DNA of 49,510 nucleotides, counting the filler, from Sphacelaria rigidula (lineage: Eukaryota): assembly GCA_964200075.2 (NCBI GenBank). It is 3 parts of 3 records of this genome, joined end to end, with 100 filler letters (N's around TTAATTAATTAA, not from the genome) between each part and the next. Parts side by side here need not be neighbours in the genome. Positions count along the whole stretch, not along the records: positions 16,539 to 32,975 come from CAXNAA020001361.1; positions 33,076 to 49,510 come from CAXNAA020001362.1; 1 more part is not named here. The stretch is one strand, 5' to 3'. The notes beneath the pieces were generated by a model. The model searched no databases. It was given only the letters and a program-made list of their open reading frames with translations, and was not told where the DNA came from. Made by a program: the position numbers and the translations under genes. The stretch's first letter is position 1, and every line of letters starts with the position of its first letter. Below, in pieces: positions 24,990 through 37,499 of this stretch.

Positions 24990-27900
24990 TTGGAAAAAGA
25001 AGCCGAGAATAGCATTGTGGAGCGCGTCAGGATTCCCCACGGAAGAGCGCAAAATACGAGAGATAGCTGCACAAGTAAGTAAGCGCAACCTAGATAAAGT
25101 GGGAATCCATGAGGTATGAGAAAAAGATGGGGCGGAAATAGGATGTAAAGCTGAAGAGTACGCATGGATAGGAGAAGAGAGGAAGGAACATAATACGACA
25201 GCGGAGGGAGTAGGATTTCTAGTCAAGGATAGGATTCCTAGTCAAGGAATACCTGTGTGACGCAATGGAAGTGAAGAAAGACACAAAGTTCCACGAGAGC
25301 ATGTAGATAAGTGTACCAGGAGAGCAGGAAACGAAATAGTTTTCTTGCGGAAGATCGAGATGCCCCCAGGGTCGGAGAGTCCGGTGAAGGATATACAAAG
25401 AAAGTTGAGAGAGATAGCACCACATGAAAAATATATATAAAGGCAAGACAAGGAGATGTAATGCCAGTGGGAGATTTTAACGCAAATATCGGAAAAGCAA
25501 GACTACCGAATGATAACATCGGGCATTAGGGGGAAGCAGATAAGAATACCAATGGGGTAAAGATGTCGACGTTACTTGAGAATAAGGAGATGCAGACTTC
25601 GAACAATTGAGTAAAAATGTCAGATCCGCAATGGGCTAGACAATGCAAACATAACAAAGCTCAATTCTTGACCATATAGTGGAGCCACATGGATGTAGTT
25701 TATTAACCGGGAGTACGTCTATGCACAAGGGATGTAGGAACTACGGATCATCGCCTGTTATGGACAGAGAGCCAACAGACGAGAGCTGATAAAAATAGGC
25801 GGGTAGGAAGCTGCACACATGGAAAATAGATCACCTAGAAGTAAAGGAAACACAACAAGAGTTCCACGAAGAGATGAACAATAGCGCATCAAATATTCCG
25901 AGCTGTTGGAAAGCATAGACACAGTTAATATCGACGTAGACGAGATCGGGCAGGAGCGAAGTTGTGAAAGGATGGAAGCAATTGGTCAAAATCATGGCAA
26001 GTAGAGTCGTAGGGAATAAATTGATCGTATGCAACAGAGCAGTAAAAGGGTGGAACGACAAAGTAAGAGAGGCCACAAGAATAGAGGCCACAAGAATAAG
26101 GAGAGAGGCCCCGCCCACCCGAGGTATTCACCGAGTAAAACTACGGTAGGATGGGAGAAGAATACTAAAGCTAGAAAGAATGTAAAAATATGGGGGAGAA
26201 GAAAAAGAGAGGAGAATGGAAACATGTAATCAGTAAAACGGAGAAAGGTTTTGATGACGGGATGAAGCAAATGTGGGTAGGGAAAAAATCGATACTGGGT
26301 AAGCAGGCAGGGGAGGCACATAAGGGAATACCCACACTAAGAGCACCACACGGTAAAGTGTTTAGTAGTTCGAAGGGGAGGAGAGAAGTACCATTAATAG
26401 CAGAGCACTACAGAAAACTAGGAGCACCAACAACTAACAAGAGGTTTGACGAAGAATTCGAAAATGAAGTTACCGCGTGGCAGAGGCAAATGCAGAAGCA
26501 TCAAAGGAGGGAGATAGCGGCTCGAAAGAACTGCAGACAGAGTTCAAAAGAGAGGAAGTAAAGGAGTGTGCAGCTAAACCCAAGAACAGAACGGCAGCAG
26601 GGACAGACGAAATAGTGAATGAGTTAATGAAGCACGGGAGAGAGGGAATGATTACCGTGATGACTATGTTGTATAGCTGGATCTGGGAAACGAGTACACA
26701 CCCAAGAGGTGAAGAGAAGGAGTAGTAGTAAAACCTCTTCAAGAAAGGAGACAAGGCTGACACAGGGAATCATAGAGGGGTTACGCTACCAAGCACCGTG
26801 GGGAGAACATTCTGTAAAATTCTAAACGATTGAGCTGCAAGCATGCTGGAGAAAGAAGAGAAAATCAGCAAGGGACAAGCAGGGTTTAGACCAACCCATC
26901 GCTGCGTAGACCATGTGTGCACAGTAGGTAAGATCATTCAAGATAGGAAAGGCCCCGCCCTAACAACGTATCGTTTCTTTCTAGACGTACGGAAAACCTA
27001 TGACAGTATGGAGAAAAGTGCTGTGGAAAAACAACGTGGGAAGCTGGGATCAGAGGAAAGATATGGAGAATGGGGAAAAAGATTACAAAATATGCGAGAA
27101 GCGCCACACTGCTAAATGGGGAGATATCGGGATACGTTGATATTTTGCAAGAAGCCGCACAAGGGTGTACGTGTTCACCTACTGTATTCAAGGTATATGT
27201 AAATGACATCATAACGGCAATAAAAATAGCAACGCAAGGAGTCAGGGTGAGGGAAGGTACGGTATTAGGATTAATGTTCGCCGATGATTCTGTGGGAAAA
27301 TCCAAAACACGAGAAGGACTGCAGAAACAAATGCAGAAGGCGCTAGAATGCACTGGGGAATGGGGAGTGGCAACGAATGTAAACAAATGCGCGGTACTTG
27401 TGTGGAATGAAGATAGGGAGAACCTGATAGAGTTTCAACGGAAGTTGGGGGGGAGAAGAACTACCGATCGCAGACGAGGATACATGCCTCGGCGAAGAGA
27501 TTTAAAACAGTTGTTCTTGGGATGCACACATAGAAGTAAGAGAAAAGGGCAAGGCACAGGTAGGCAAGATGGACGCGATCCTTAGAGGCTCGCACCTCGA
27601 TACTAGGATTAAGAGATGCATTCTGATGAACGTGATTGTACGAAGGTTTCATATGCAGTGTGGGAAGGTAACGCGAAGTTGGTGCAGCAGCTGGAAACAG
27701 TGCAGATGACAGCAAACACGGGATCTTACAAATTGGGGATGGATCTTTCACTGGGGATGAGAAACCCGGAGGTCTGAAATCTTCGTACAGTATCCACACC
27801 AAATCTTCGAAATATGGTTCCATTTCTTAACCTACTGATAGCTATTGACAACTGCTACACGCCATAGAATTTTGGATTTCGATCAACGAAACGTTGTGGT

Positions 27901-28810
27901 CCCACGTGAAAAACCAATTTCGAAAGCATTTTGGCGTCCGTTCGGACACCCGGAATTCCCCAAAAACAATTTTTCACCCAGGACTCCAACATTTCGGTGA
28001 TCGAAATCCAAGTTTCTATGGCGTGTAGCAGTTGTCAATGGCTGTCAGTAGGTGGAGTAATAGAAACATATTTCGAAGATTTGATGTGGATACAAAGATT
28101 TAAATTCTCCGGGTTTCTCATCCCCAATAAAAGATACATCCTCAATTTGAAAGATCCCGTGTTAGCAGCTAAGAAAATACTTGGATGCTCAAAAACGGAT
28201 AGCAATATAGTATCAAGATCAAAATCGGGCATGTACCCACTTGACGTAAATAGAGGCATGAGAAAACGGAAATGGCAACATAATGTAAGCAACATGCAAA
28301 CAAGGAGATTGCCGGCCATGGTTGATAGGGCTGAGTGGAAGAAACTAGCAAAGGGGGTAGGCTAGAATAAGGTGGAATAGCGTAGTCGAGAAAGTATGGA
28401 CGGATACGGAAGGAAACCAAGAGGAGATGATGTGAATGTGGGGGTACAAGGCCAAAGTACAAGACTTGACAGAAACGAGGGGAAAACGAGCGCTAGGACG
28501 GAAATACGGAAAGTGGACGAGGACGAGCGCCAGTAGGTATGCGGGGGGTGAGAGAGGGGATAGACATGAAGACATATCTGCATGGTCCAATGGACTCCGC
28601 GAAAACATTGAAACTGCGATCTCGGGTGCGGGACCTGGATCTTCCAGAAAGAAGAAAGACGTATACCAGTAGTCGGGTGGGGCAGGAAGTAGATGCGCCG
28701 AATTGCCCCAGTGGCAAAGCATAGGGAGTAGACGTCATATAGTGGCAGAATGTGAACTACACAAGAAGGAACATGACGTGCTAGGGTGGGAAATGTGGGA
28801 AGCAAAATGA
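24990..28810 (+). mobile_element. Decayed non-LTR retrotransposon ORF2 (APE endonuclease, reverse transcriptase, C-terminal Zn-knuckle remnant)
   Basis: Endonuclease motifs RIALWSASGF, GIHE, GVGFLV, GDFNA and TDH. RT motifs AAGTDEIVNELMK, LFKKGD, QAGFR, FLDVRKTYD, QGCTCSP and LMFADD. Multiple stops and frameshifts. An ORF1 relic may extend upstream to ~23800. Confidence 0.95.
27715..28163. mobile_element. 449-bp foldback MITE with ~200-bp TIRs and 4-bp TSD (AGCA) inserted in the LINE
   Basis: AACACGGGATCTT...AAGATCCCGTGTT with AGCA on both sides. Removing it restores the LINE frame VQMTAAKKILGCSK. Confidence 0.93.
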
Positions 28811-29430
28811 AGGTACCGATCGTCCTTGCGAACAATCCTATGGTTCACTTAGGTTCTTCCAAATTTCTAGCTCTGCAATGCGCCACAGGCGAAAAAACGC
28901 GTTTTTGGAAAAATATGGTCAATAACACCCCCAAAAAACTTCCCTCCATACTGCCCCGACAACACAACGTTGGGAACCCTCGTCCTGTAAACTGCCTGCT
29001 TCCTCGACTGACACCTACAGGTTCACGAATATTTGAGGCAAAATGACAAATCCTCTGCCAGGAATACGTCAACTAAGTTGACCCAGTATTCGAGACTGGA
29101 ATACTGTAGCGGTGTCATCGCACATGCGCCTGGATGCGTGGGCTACAACAAGTGGTTATCCCTTCTCCCCTCTTCATAGATGTCCACAAGAGTTGGTCGT
29201 TACATATGATTACGAAATCACCCATTTCTGAATACCCGGTACGCGTTCATGAAGTTTCTTTTTCTTCTCCTCTGTTCTCTTGATTCTCTGTCATGGGGTT
29301 TTATTTCTGTTTCTTTTGGGGTCTTATGTAAGGAACAGTAGTGGCGATACTGGAGAGGCGAGCCTGCGTCTGTGACCACGGGTTCGACGGCTTGAGCTAA
29401 TGTGCGGAATAAAAAAATGACAAAAACATT

Positions 29431-29501
<71 letters not shown>

Positions 29502-29518
29502 CGACAACGACAACAACA
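29431..29518. repeat. (AAC)n microsatellite
   Basis: Directly visible. Confidence 0.97.
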
Positions 29519-29583
29519 TACATCATTCTGTGAGGCGATATGGTACGAGAATAGTACAACAGAAAAATTTAAACTGACGCACC

Positions 29584-31049
29584 TTTTGTACTGCGTGTCG
29601 ATGTCTTCGGTTGCGTATAGCAGAAAATGAGGCCCGATCATCCGCAGCGTCAGTGCTTCAAGCGCCTTGAAAAGAGGCTTCTGCATGTGGATTTTGCGCT
29701 CCCCCATATCCTGTTCACAAAACGCAGACATGATGAAAAAATTGGCGAGTGGAGATCTTGCTGCAGTTGATTTGACAGTTGACAAACAGGTTTTGATCCG
29801 AAACACGGCAGCCTTAATGTACAAGTCACGCGGCAAAGCTCGGGGGGAAAGGTGGAGACCTTGTATCTCGGCACAGTTACTCCTGATCTGACTCAAGTAG
29901 GCAGCATACTTGCGGCAACGTTTTGACCCCGCCAACTATCCACGTGTAACGGAGATCTTGGGATTGTTGACAGGCAAAAAGACAGAGGACCAACATGTAA
30001 AAACTGAATATGCACGTTCAGCAGGAAGTACGGGGCACAGCTGATTGACCACGTCTCTCATAAGAGGAGTTCATGATCCGACTCGAGCACGATGCGTGTT
30101 CCCATCAACGATCAATTTGCAGTATGCGTGCGATCCGGAAGAGCGCCTAGGCCATACACGTTCGAAAAAGAGAGGACAGAGGTACAGCGATGGACCGGTG
30201 TAAGGGCGGCACCTAAAAAGGCGGGACCATAAATACAGTGGGTGTTTTCGAATTGATTGATGATTGATTGTCGCACTTTAACTGACCCCCCAGGGGTCCA
30301 GCCGTGGTCTCGTGATGGACGTACCCAGGAAAACGAAACTGAAACACGCTCTGAAGAAAAGACACAATATTTTTCTCAGCAGGGCTGGTGATGCTATTGT
30401 CCACCATCACCCGGCTTATCGCGGACCCCCGCAAGCAAGAAGGCGGTACTCCGGAAAGGCGCAAGTGTTTGCCACAAAAAAATACGGCTCACGGGATCAT
30501 GCGCTTCTCGCAGGTCGAAGGATATGCTCAGTGGGATATCGCTCGCCCGTCCCACCTCCTGCGGTCGGCATACTACGAACATCATGCCGGTGGTCGAGCA
30601 TTTGCGCCGGAAAACGCACGGTTCTCGAGGAAATTGCCGAGCCCATGGGCCACGAGGTCGAGGAGAGCTTTCTGCGGCATGCGCCATGCGGGTGGTGCCC
30701 CTCTAGTTACCACACTAACAGCATGCGCAACGCGGGAGACGCCCCTGAAGCCACCAAAGCTGTTCCCTATTGTTCTCATTGTATGACATATCGATCGTGG
30801 CGCCCTTCCACTCCTGCGGCACCTTGCTCGACGTTCAAACAATGACGACGATGTTTAGAAGGAGTACCGATCTCTGAAGGCTCTACGCCCCATCCAAGCT
30901 TGAGTCCATTTCGTCCCATCGCGTTGACGCCAGAGATAGATCTCAGTCAGTGCCTTTTCTGTTTCATCCAGGATTAGCAAGTCTCCAACGACACAGCCTT
31001 CAGTCGGGGCGTAGTCCTTTCTATGACTGCGGGTTAGATTGCTGCTCAT
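29584..31049 (-). pseudogene. Decayed intron-containing gene, possibly with a Ulp1/C48 peptidase domain
   Basis: tttAG acceptor near 30213 and AG|GTGCGT donor near 29584. Remnants LYLCPLFF, SVFLPVNN, (H)WIV and QQDLHS(frameshift)ANFFIM occur in Ulp1 order. Confidence 0.35.
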
Positions 31050-31075
31050 GTTGTTCTCAGCACAGTAAATAAATA

Positions 31076-31670
31076 CTTCCTCTGTCTCATAAGTCTGTGC
31101 CGTTATGTTTGTATGAGTCCTTCACGATCTCCGATTTGAGTTTCGATTTTTTGGTTGCATTCGTTGGCGTTTTTTTAGCTACAAATAATACTCGTTCTGC
31201 AACGTGGGTGCTTGACCCGTGCAGCCTCGCGACCGAGAAAATTTGGGTCGGTCAAAATATGGCTATTTTTCGCTTTTTCCCCCAGTAAAGCATAACAGAC
31301 CCGGGAATCGCGAAAAATCGTGAAAAACATGTGAAAACCGCAAAACCACCACTGATTTGGATATCTCCGTGACGTGAACCTACGCACGCCCCATCTACCA
31401 AATATTCAGCGTGTAATCCCTAGTACTCGACGTAAAAATGTTCAAAATCGGTCAACATTGAGGTGTACGTGGACCAAAAAGGGCCAGAATGGGGTATATT
31501 TCGACCTGATTTTAGTATTGAAAACAATTGTTTTTTTTCTCTTCTTTTCTTGAGTCAGCTTCGTCTGTGCGTTATTTCTCTAACGAACCCAACTGTAGGA
31601 TGATCGTCAGCGTTGAAATACCCAAACGACCAAGCGTCCATAACGGCACAGACTTATGAGACAGAGGAAG
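31076..31670. mobile_element. Stowaway-like (Tc1/mariner) MITE, 595 bp, TA TSD
   Basis: TA|CTTCCTCTGTCTCATAAGTCTGTGCCGTTATG ... CATAACGGCACAGACTTATGAGACAGAGGAAG|TA, perfect 32-bp TIRs. Confidence 0.93.
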
Positions 31671-32975
31671 TATATGAATATTCTGTGTTTTATGTAATTG
31701 TTATTGTTCTCAATATTATACGTTGGTAGAGACATGTCTATCCGTGTTTGTCTTGATTTCAGAGAGGTGTGCAGAAGCACATCACTACATCACTAGATAG
31801 ACAGCACGATGTACTACGTACAGTATGGAATCTATTGTCTACTGCAATAGGTGCGATAATCAATACTGTACACAGTACACTTTCTGACAGTGTATTGTCG
31901 AGGGTGTGGTAATAATTCTTATTATTTAATAAACGATGATATATGATTCATTAATCAAAGATTGTTTGAGGATGGATGATTGGATGGTTGGTTGGGGTTG
32001 AATTCTATTTTTCGGACACGGGAGAGACGAGATATCAATCTTATTAATATAGTCAATGTTATTGATAGCGTAAATGTCTCTCTGCCCCATCCTTCTGAGC
32101 AGTATCATGTTTTTTTTTTGTCCATACTATGGAGTCATTTTTTAAGCATTTCGGAACAGTTTATTCCAATGCGCCCTGTCTGACGCGATGACTCTTCATG
32201 TCGGATCTTATCATGTTCAACGGGCGTGACAGATATACATGGCTGAAGTCGAAAACGCGGACAAATACACGGTGCTCTTCGTTTTACATCGCTCCACGTA
32301 CAAAAAAATGAGCACCTACTGCATCTAAACTTCTCACCGACTGCGTGCACCGTGTACGACGCTCGCGACCATCCGCGCTGTACAACACTGTACTGTCGTA
32401 CATAGAGTACGGTTCAGTACCGCAGTGAGAATATGTTTCGTTTTGCAAGCACTGAAATCCAACAATAGTAGTGACTCTTCCTGTCAGAAGTCTCGCTAAA
32501 AAAAACGGGGTAAGAGAAACACATTACTGAACCACATCTGCACACCACAGACCGAGCAAACACACACACAGATCCCCCACAGCACGAGCGCATCACGCCT
32601 AGTGCTGACTCGGCGCTAACCTATACACCGTGATCTCTGTTTCACGCCAATCCGCGCGGTACTGCGTTTTACCACCGTTTGTCCCGTGCGCTTTAGTTCG
32701 TCTGTGTGCGATAATGCACCACTGACTGTACTGTGCTGTTTATCTAGTGATGTCCTTCCGCACACCTCTCTGAAATCAAGACAAACGCGGGTAGATATGT
32801 CTCTACCAACGTATTGGCCCGAAATAGGGGTGATCACGACATACAGGCAAACACGACACCTCACCGTACTACTACCTTGCTCCATACTTCTTCACAACCC
32901 CCCCCCCCCCCACCCCCCCCCCCACGACGCCCCCGCCCCGCCGGCACAAACAGGGAGTGAACTGAACCCCAACCA

Positions 32976-33075
32976 NNNNNNNNNNNNNNNNNNNNNNNNN
33001 NNNNNNNNNNNNNNNNNNNTTAATTAATTAANNNNNNNNNNNNNNNNNNNNNNNNNNNNNNNNNNNNNNNNNNNN
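32976..33075. other. Artificial contig linker N44-TTAATTAATTAA-N44
   Basis: Identical to 16439-16538. Confidence 0.98.
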
Positions 33076-33322
33076 GTCATCGCCAACCGACGCCAACCCC
33101 ATCGGGGGTCCGCCCCTACAAAGCCGGGACGGAGCACGCCGGGTTCTCGCCGGACTAGGCCGATACGGGGGCGTACTCATTTGTTGCTTGCCCTAGTCGT
33201 TTGACCATTGACCACGCATCTCTTTCGAGACGGAGCAGGGGGGGGGGGTGAAGAAAGTGTGACGGAAAAAACTACTTCCGTGTGTCCAGTTCCGGCAGTA
33301 CGCTCTGTACATTCGAGAGGCG

Positions 33323-33323
33323 G

Positions 33324-33356
<33 letters not shown>

Positions 33357-33694
33357 TCATCCCATCTATTCTGGACGCCAGTCTACACATGTGTGGGCGT
33401 ATCAGCCGGGGTGACACAAGAGAAAGGCCACCACGGGAGTATTTTATTTTTTATTTTGTTGTAGTACTCAATTTTCCTTCTGAGATGCTTGCCTTTTTCT
33501 TCATCACGAGAGGTATACAGCAGTCCCTTTTCCTCGTCGACCGTGAAGTCGAATTTTGTGTACCCACGACATGTTCGCTGTCCATTACTGTTGGGCATTG
33601 TGTGAGAAAGAATCCCAGATCGTGTGCCTGCACTGAGATTCGAACCCACGACCCAACCGTAATAAGATTTCGAGGTTACCCACTGAGCCACCGG
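33323..33694 (-). mobile_element. tRNA-derived SINE with (CA)n tail
   Basis: The minus-strand head has an A box TGGCTCAGTGG and a B box GGTTCGAATC. The body is shared with 19133-19330 and ends in a CA microsatellite. Confidence 0.85.
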
Positions 33695-33799
33695 CAACAT
33701 CAACGTTGCTCGTCGGGAGGAAAGATGCTACAGCATGTGCATGCCGTTGTCGCTGGGGTGGCGCGTGAAGCGTTCTTAGGGGATCGCCGCGCAAGGTAT

Positions 33800-35150
33800 A
33801 ACACACCTACACACACGTACTGCCGACTGCTTGTGTCGTCAGCGAGACCGTAACCTCTCGGCATCACGAGGGTGATTTGGCACTGATAAGTGATTCGGAG
33901 TAGAGGTGGTCATATCGACCGCTCGGTTCGGAGAGTATGGTTCAGTAAAGAGCGTGTCGAAAAGACGGCGATGAAGAACATCATCCAATTTCGTTTTTGC
34001 CGTCGTTCAGCGCGTTGGTATTGCCAACGATTCCCGGTAGTTCGCTCGCTGTCAAAACGCAATTGTTCTTGTCCACAGTCACGCAATCTACCAGTCCCGC
34101 ACTGGCGTAGAAGACGCACAACATCGGTTTTCTGACACCCGCGATACCATTCACCGTGGAGACGCAGCCGTCGCCACGACACGTGCGTCCATCAGCAATA
34201 ACGGGGTTCAAAGACGGAAGGCTTGGCGGTGGCGATGACTGCTGATTCCGGCTGGCACCCTCTGTCACCCCCCCAGGACCCGGTGCTGTCATGATGGCGG
34301 GGGAGCCGCCCGCCGGATGCCAAGTGGGGGCACAGCCCTGTTCTCATTCCGCGTAGGCGGTGCGGCGACGGCGCCCGCAAGTAGCACTTCGGTGGCGACG
34401 CTCGGTGGTACGAGTGTTGTTGCCGCGGCGCCCGGTGCTTGTGCTGAGGCTTCGGCGGGAAACGGTGCTGGTGCTGCGGCGGCGCCGGGTGCTTAGGTGG
34501 CGGCGCCCGCCACTGCTCCGATATTGATATCCTCTTTGCTCGGGCCATGCTCAGAGTAGTACATGGCCATGAAAATGTCTCATACTAGTTCGAAGAACAC
34601 GCTGATGGTATAGTGTGCCACACGGTAGTTGGAGGCTCCGATGCCTCTCTCCCGTCCACACCTAGTGCCTCTGCGATGCGCTTCATTCCCACCCCCAGTA
34701 TCGCTTCATGAACGCCCTTACCATGTGTACGAAATATGCCAGTCACCTACGTATTCTACCTACCGAGATTACTCCGAATGAAGTTTTACACGAACCGAAA
34801 CACCTCCTCGTCTCCGGCGACCAAAACATGCCGCCGCGGCGTTCCTCTCGTCCACGCGGTGTATGTCGGCAAGGCGGCTTATCATGGCTTTTGAGTCGGC
34901 CCATCTCTTAATGCTGCCCAATTGGGTGGAGAGGTCATTGCAAGACCTGCGGCTCCCCATGCATCGTAGGCATTGCCTAACGGGTGAATTCGACGGCGAG
35001 GTGGAGAGAGGGCAGATAATATGGTCGTCACAATCCGCTTTTTCATCATTTTTCCTCGCGCTTTGAGCCCGTTCCCTTTTCCGGGATGGGTCTCTGGTCT
35101 CAAGGGATTTTCCCATACCTCCTTTGGTATACATCCTATGGGAAGCACAT
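33800..35150 (-). pseudogene. Decayed gene with Ala/Pro-rich linker and one EsV-1-7-like Cys repeat
   Basis: CRGDGCVSTVNGIAGVRKPMLCVFYASAGLVD (34181-34086) fits C-x4-C...G..G...C..H...GMVD with H replaced by Y. The upstream frame has in-frame stops. Boundaries are approximate. Confidence 0.55.
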
Positions 35151-35189
35151 GGCGACTGAGCTACTCAGTAAAACAGGGGCGCCAGGCGC

Positions 35190-36900
35190 GACCGCTGATG
35201 ACGGACTTGTAGAAAACAAGGCGATGGCGGAGGGACGTGATAACCCGGAGCGCAGGGCATAAAAAGCCAAGAAGCCGATTGCGCAGGGAAGGCGCCATCT
35301 GTGAAGCCTCGAGTACGCCCGTGTCGGAACGAACACACGGGAGTCATCGCCATTGAATCGATCGACAATAATTCTCAACGAAGTGGGCGCCACCCCGCGC
35401 GAAGGTGGGGGAGCTGCCGGCCGGAGACCCGTGAAGAAACGACGTGCCCGGCCTAACTCTGGGACAGGCACCCTCCCCGCATACTCACGTATCAGAAGGC
35501 TGCATTGCAGGACAGGAATCGAGCAGAGGAGAATCAGCTGAAGGCATTGCACTTTCCCAGGGCAGCACCGACTCTCGCATCCCCAGAAAACGCAACACAA
35601 GGGCCTCCTGGAGGGTGGGTGGAAGAAACGGGTCGTGGTCATACCGCCTGGATCTATCGCTGTGATGGACATCAACGGTACGCACTAAGTGCGGATCATG
35701 TCGAGGAATTGGGCTGAGAAATACTCTACTGACGCTGAGAGAAATGTGCACCCCATGGATCATTTCTTGATGAACGATGCACCGCTGGCACTGTTGGCAT
35801 TGATGGACAGTGTGTACCGTCTGTATGTGTCGGGGTGATGGCTCCAACATACATGTTTGCGACCGGGGAAAACACGACCGGAGGGACCAATGGGTGAGTC
35901 GTTAGATGCCTTCCACTGCCGCGGCGGTTGATGTTTCCATGCCGGCGGAGCGGGGTGGGGGGGCAGGAGTACTGGACGCCGTGGAGAGCTCTGGTGGTGG
36001 TGTGGCACAGCGGGACAGGGTGGGCAAGTGATCGGGTGTGGGCGACGTCCCGCGCCAGCGCAACGGCGCGTAGATCGACAAAACGAGATGAGGCGTTGCG
36101 GAAGATGGACTGGAAGAGGAAGAAGCCGAATGGGATGCTTCACACGCTGGCGCAAAACCTCGCCAAGACTATTTTAGTTCGGGAGTTTACTGCGATCAAT
36201 GTCTCCAAGCTAGCGGAGCGCCTCCGTGGTGGACGTGGCCCTCGGTGACTCCCCTCAGATATCCCACCGGTACTCAACGTGTGGAGTCTATCGGTCAAGA
36301 TCCACTCTCAAGCACGGATGTGGCATGTGTCGGACAGAATAGCGACCCGACTGGTACAGATGATTCGCCTTCTGTTCGGAGGGGATGGAACAACAATATT
36401 TGGGTTCAAGGTGTCAGCCATTTGTCCTGGTGAAAAATGCGGGCGTCGGAGTCGGGGATTCGTGTGCAGTGTCAGTTTGGTCATGCACACATCTAGGCAT
36501 CCTCGATTTTGTTCAAAAGCCACAACCATTTCCGGAAACATGAGCAAAGCAGTCAGATGCGTGTATCTTCAGCATATGCAACTCACAGGTACTGCTGCAG
36601 GGTTAGAGTTAGACTTGCGGCGCTCTTACCTCGGGATCGATTTTGCTGTCATGTCTTACGTTCGAACCGCCCTGGCCGGTGTCTTTGCAAGCATACAGGT
36701 GTTGCACCCCAGGGGTGAGCCTTGGGGATTCTCCACATTTACCGTAAGCAAATGCCCCGGAGGGTGGGTGGGTGGAAGATTGAGAGTCAACGCTTTTAAT
36801 CCGGAATGTCTTCCGTCGTGCGATTTTCGTACTGTGCCGGCCTACGGCAATAGAGTTGTATTGTTGCCATCATATCTGATGGTGGCATCGCGCGACCATG
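35190..36900 (+). pseudogene. Decayed intronless coding-like sequence of unknown family
   Basis: GC-rich. ORFs 35928-36248 and 36279-36959 lie in one frame separated by a single TGA. No motif recognised. Confidence 0.3.
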
Positions 36901-37499
36901 ATATTGTGGTTCAGCTCAACTTCACAAGTCGAAATCTATATCCATGCCAACTGCGCTGATCTCGCCAACATGCGCTGGCAGCGATGTGCTTCTTCGTGGA
37001 CTGTACACCATACTGCATTACACTTCACTACACTCTGCTGTCCTGTGCTGTGCTGTACTGTACTGATTGACTATATCATATTAGTTGATTGCATCAATCC
37101 AGCCCGTGGTCAGGAGCAGCAAAAAAGAACAGAATGAGAAAGAAAGAAGGGAAGAAACAGAAAAAGGCAGAAACAACAGCCGAACAAAGAAAGGAAGGAA
37201 GGAAGTAGCGACAACAACAAAAACAACGGCAATAAGAACAACAACAAAACACGCACACAAACACACATACACAAGACAACATAAGATGATTATCTCGCAT
37301 AACGTAGCTGATTGCAACACTTCAACTCGTGATCAGAAAAAGCAGGGGGGAGAAATGTACTGTGCTGTGCTGAACAGCGGTGCACTGTTTGTAGTACATG
37401 AGCAATATGAGCAGTTCGGGCAGATCGTACGCGTGCTGATGTGGAGAAAAAAAAACTCCTTTTTCGAACTTTAGCTAATTCATTTCATCTGCGACATGG

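Noticed and set aside
28839..29088. Possible MITE at the LINE 3' end
   Set aside because: The terminal inverted match is short and gapped, with no clear TSD.
7500..31049. Single Zisupton-like element combining the KDZ relic and the Ulp1-like relic
   Set aside because: They lie on different contigs separated by an artificial linker.
33630..33694. tRNA gene
   Set aside because: It has A and B boxes but no convincing cloverleaf, and it continues into a repeated body with a CA tail. It is a SINE head.
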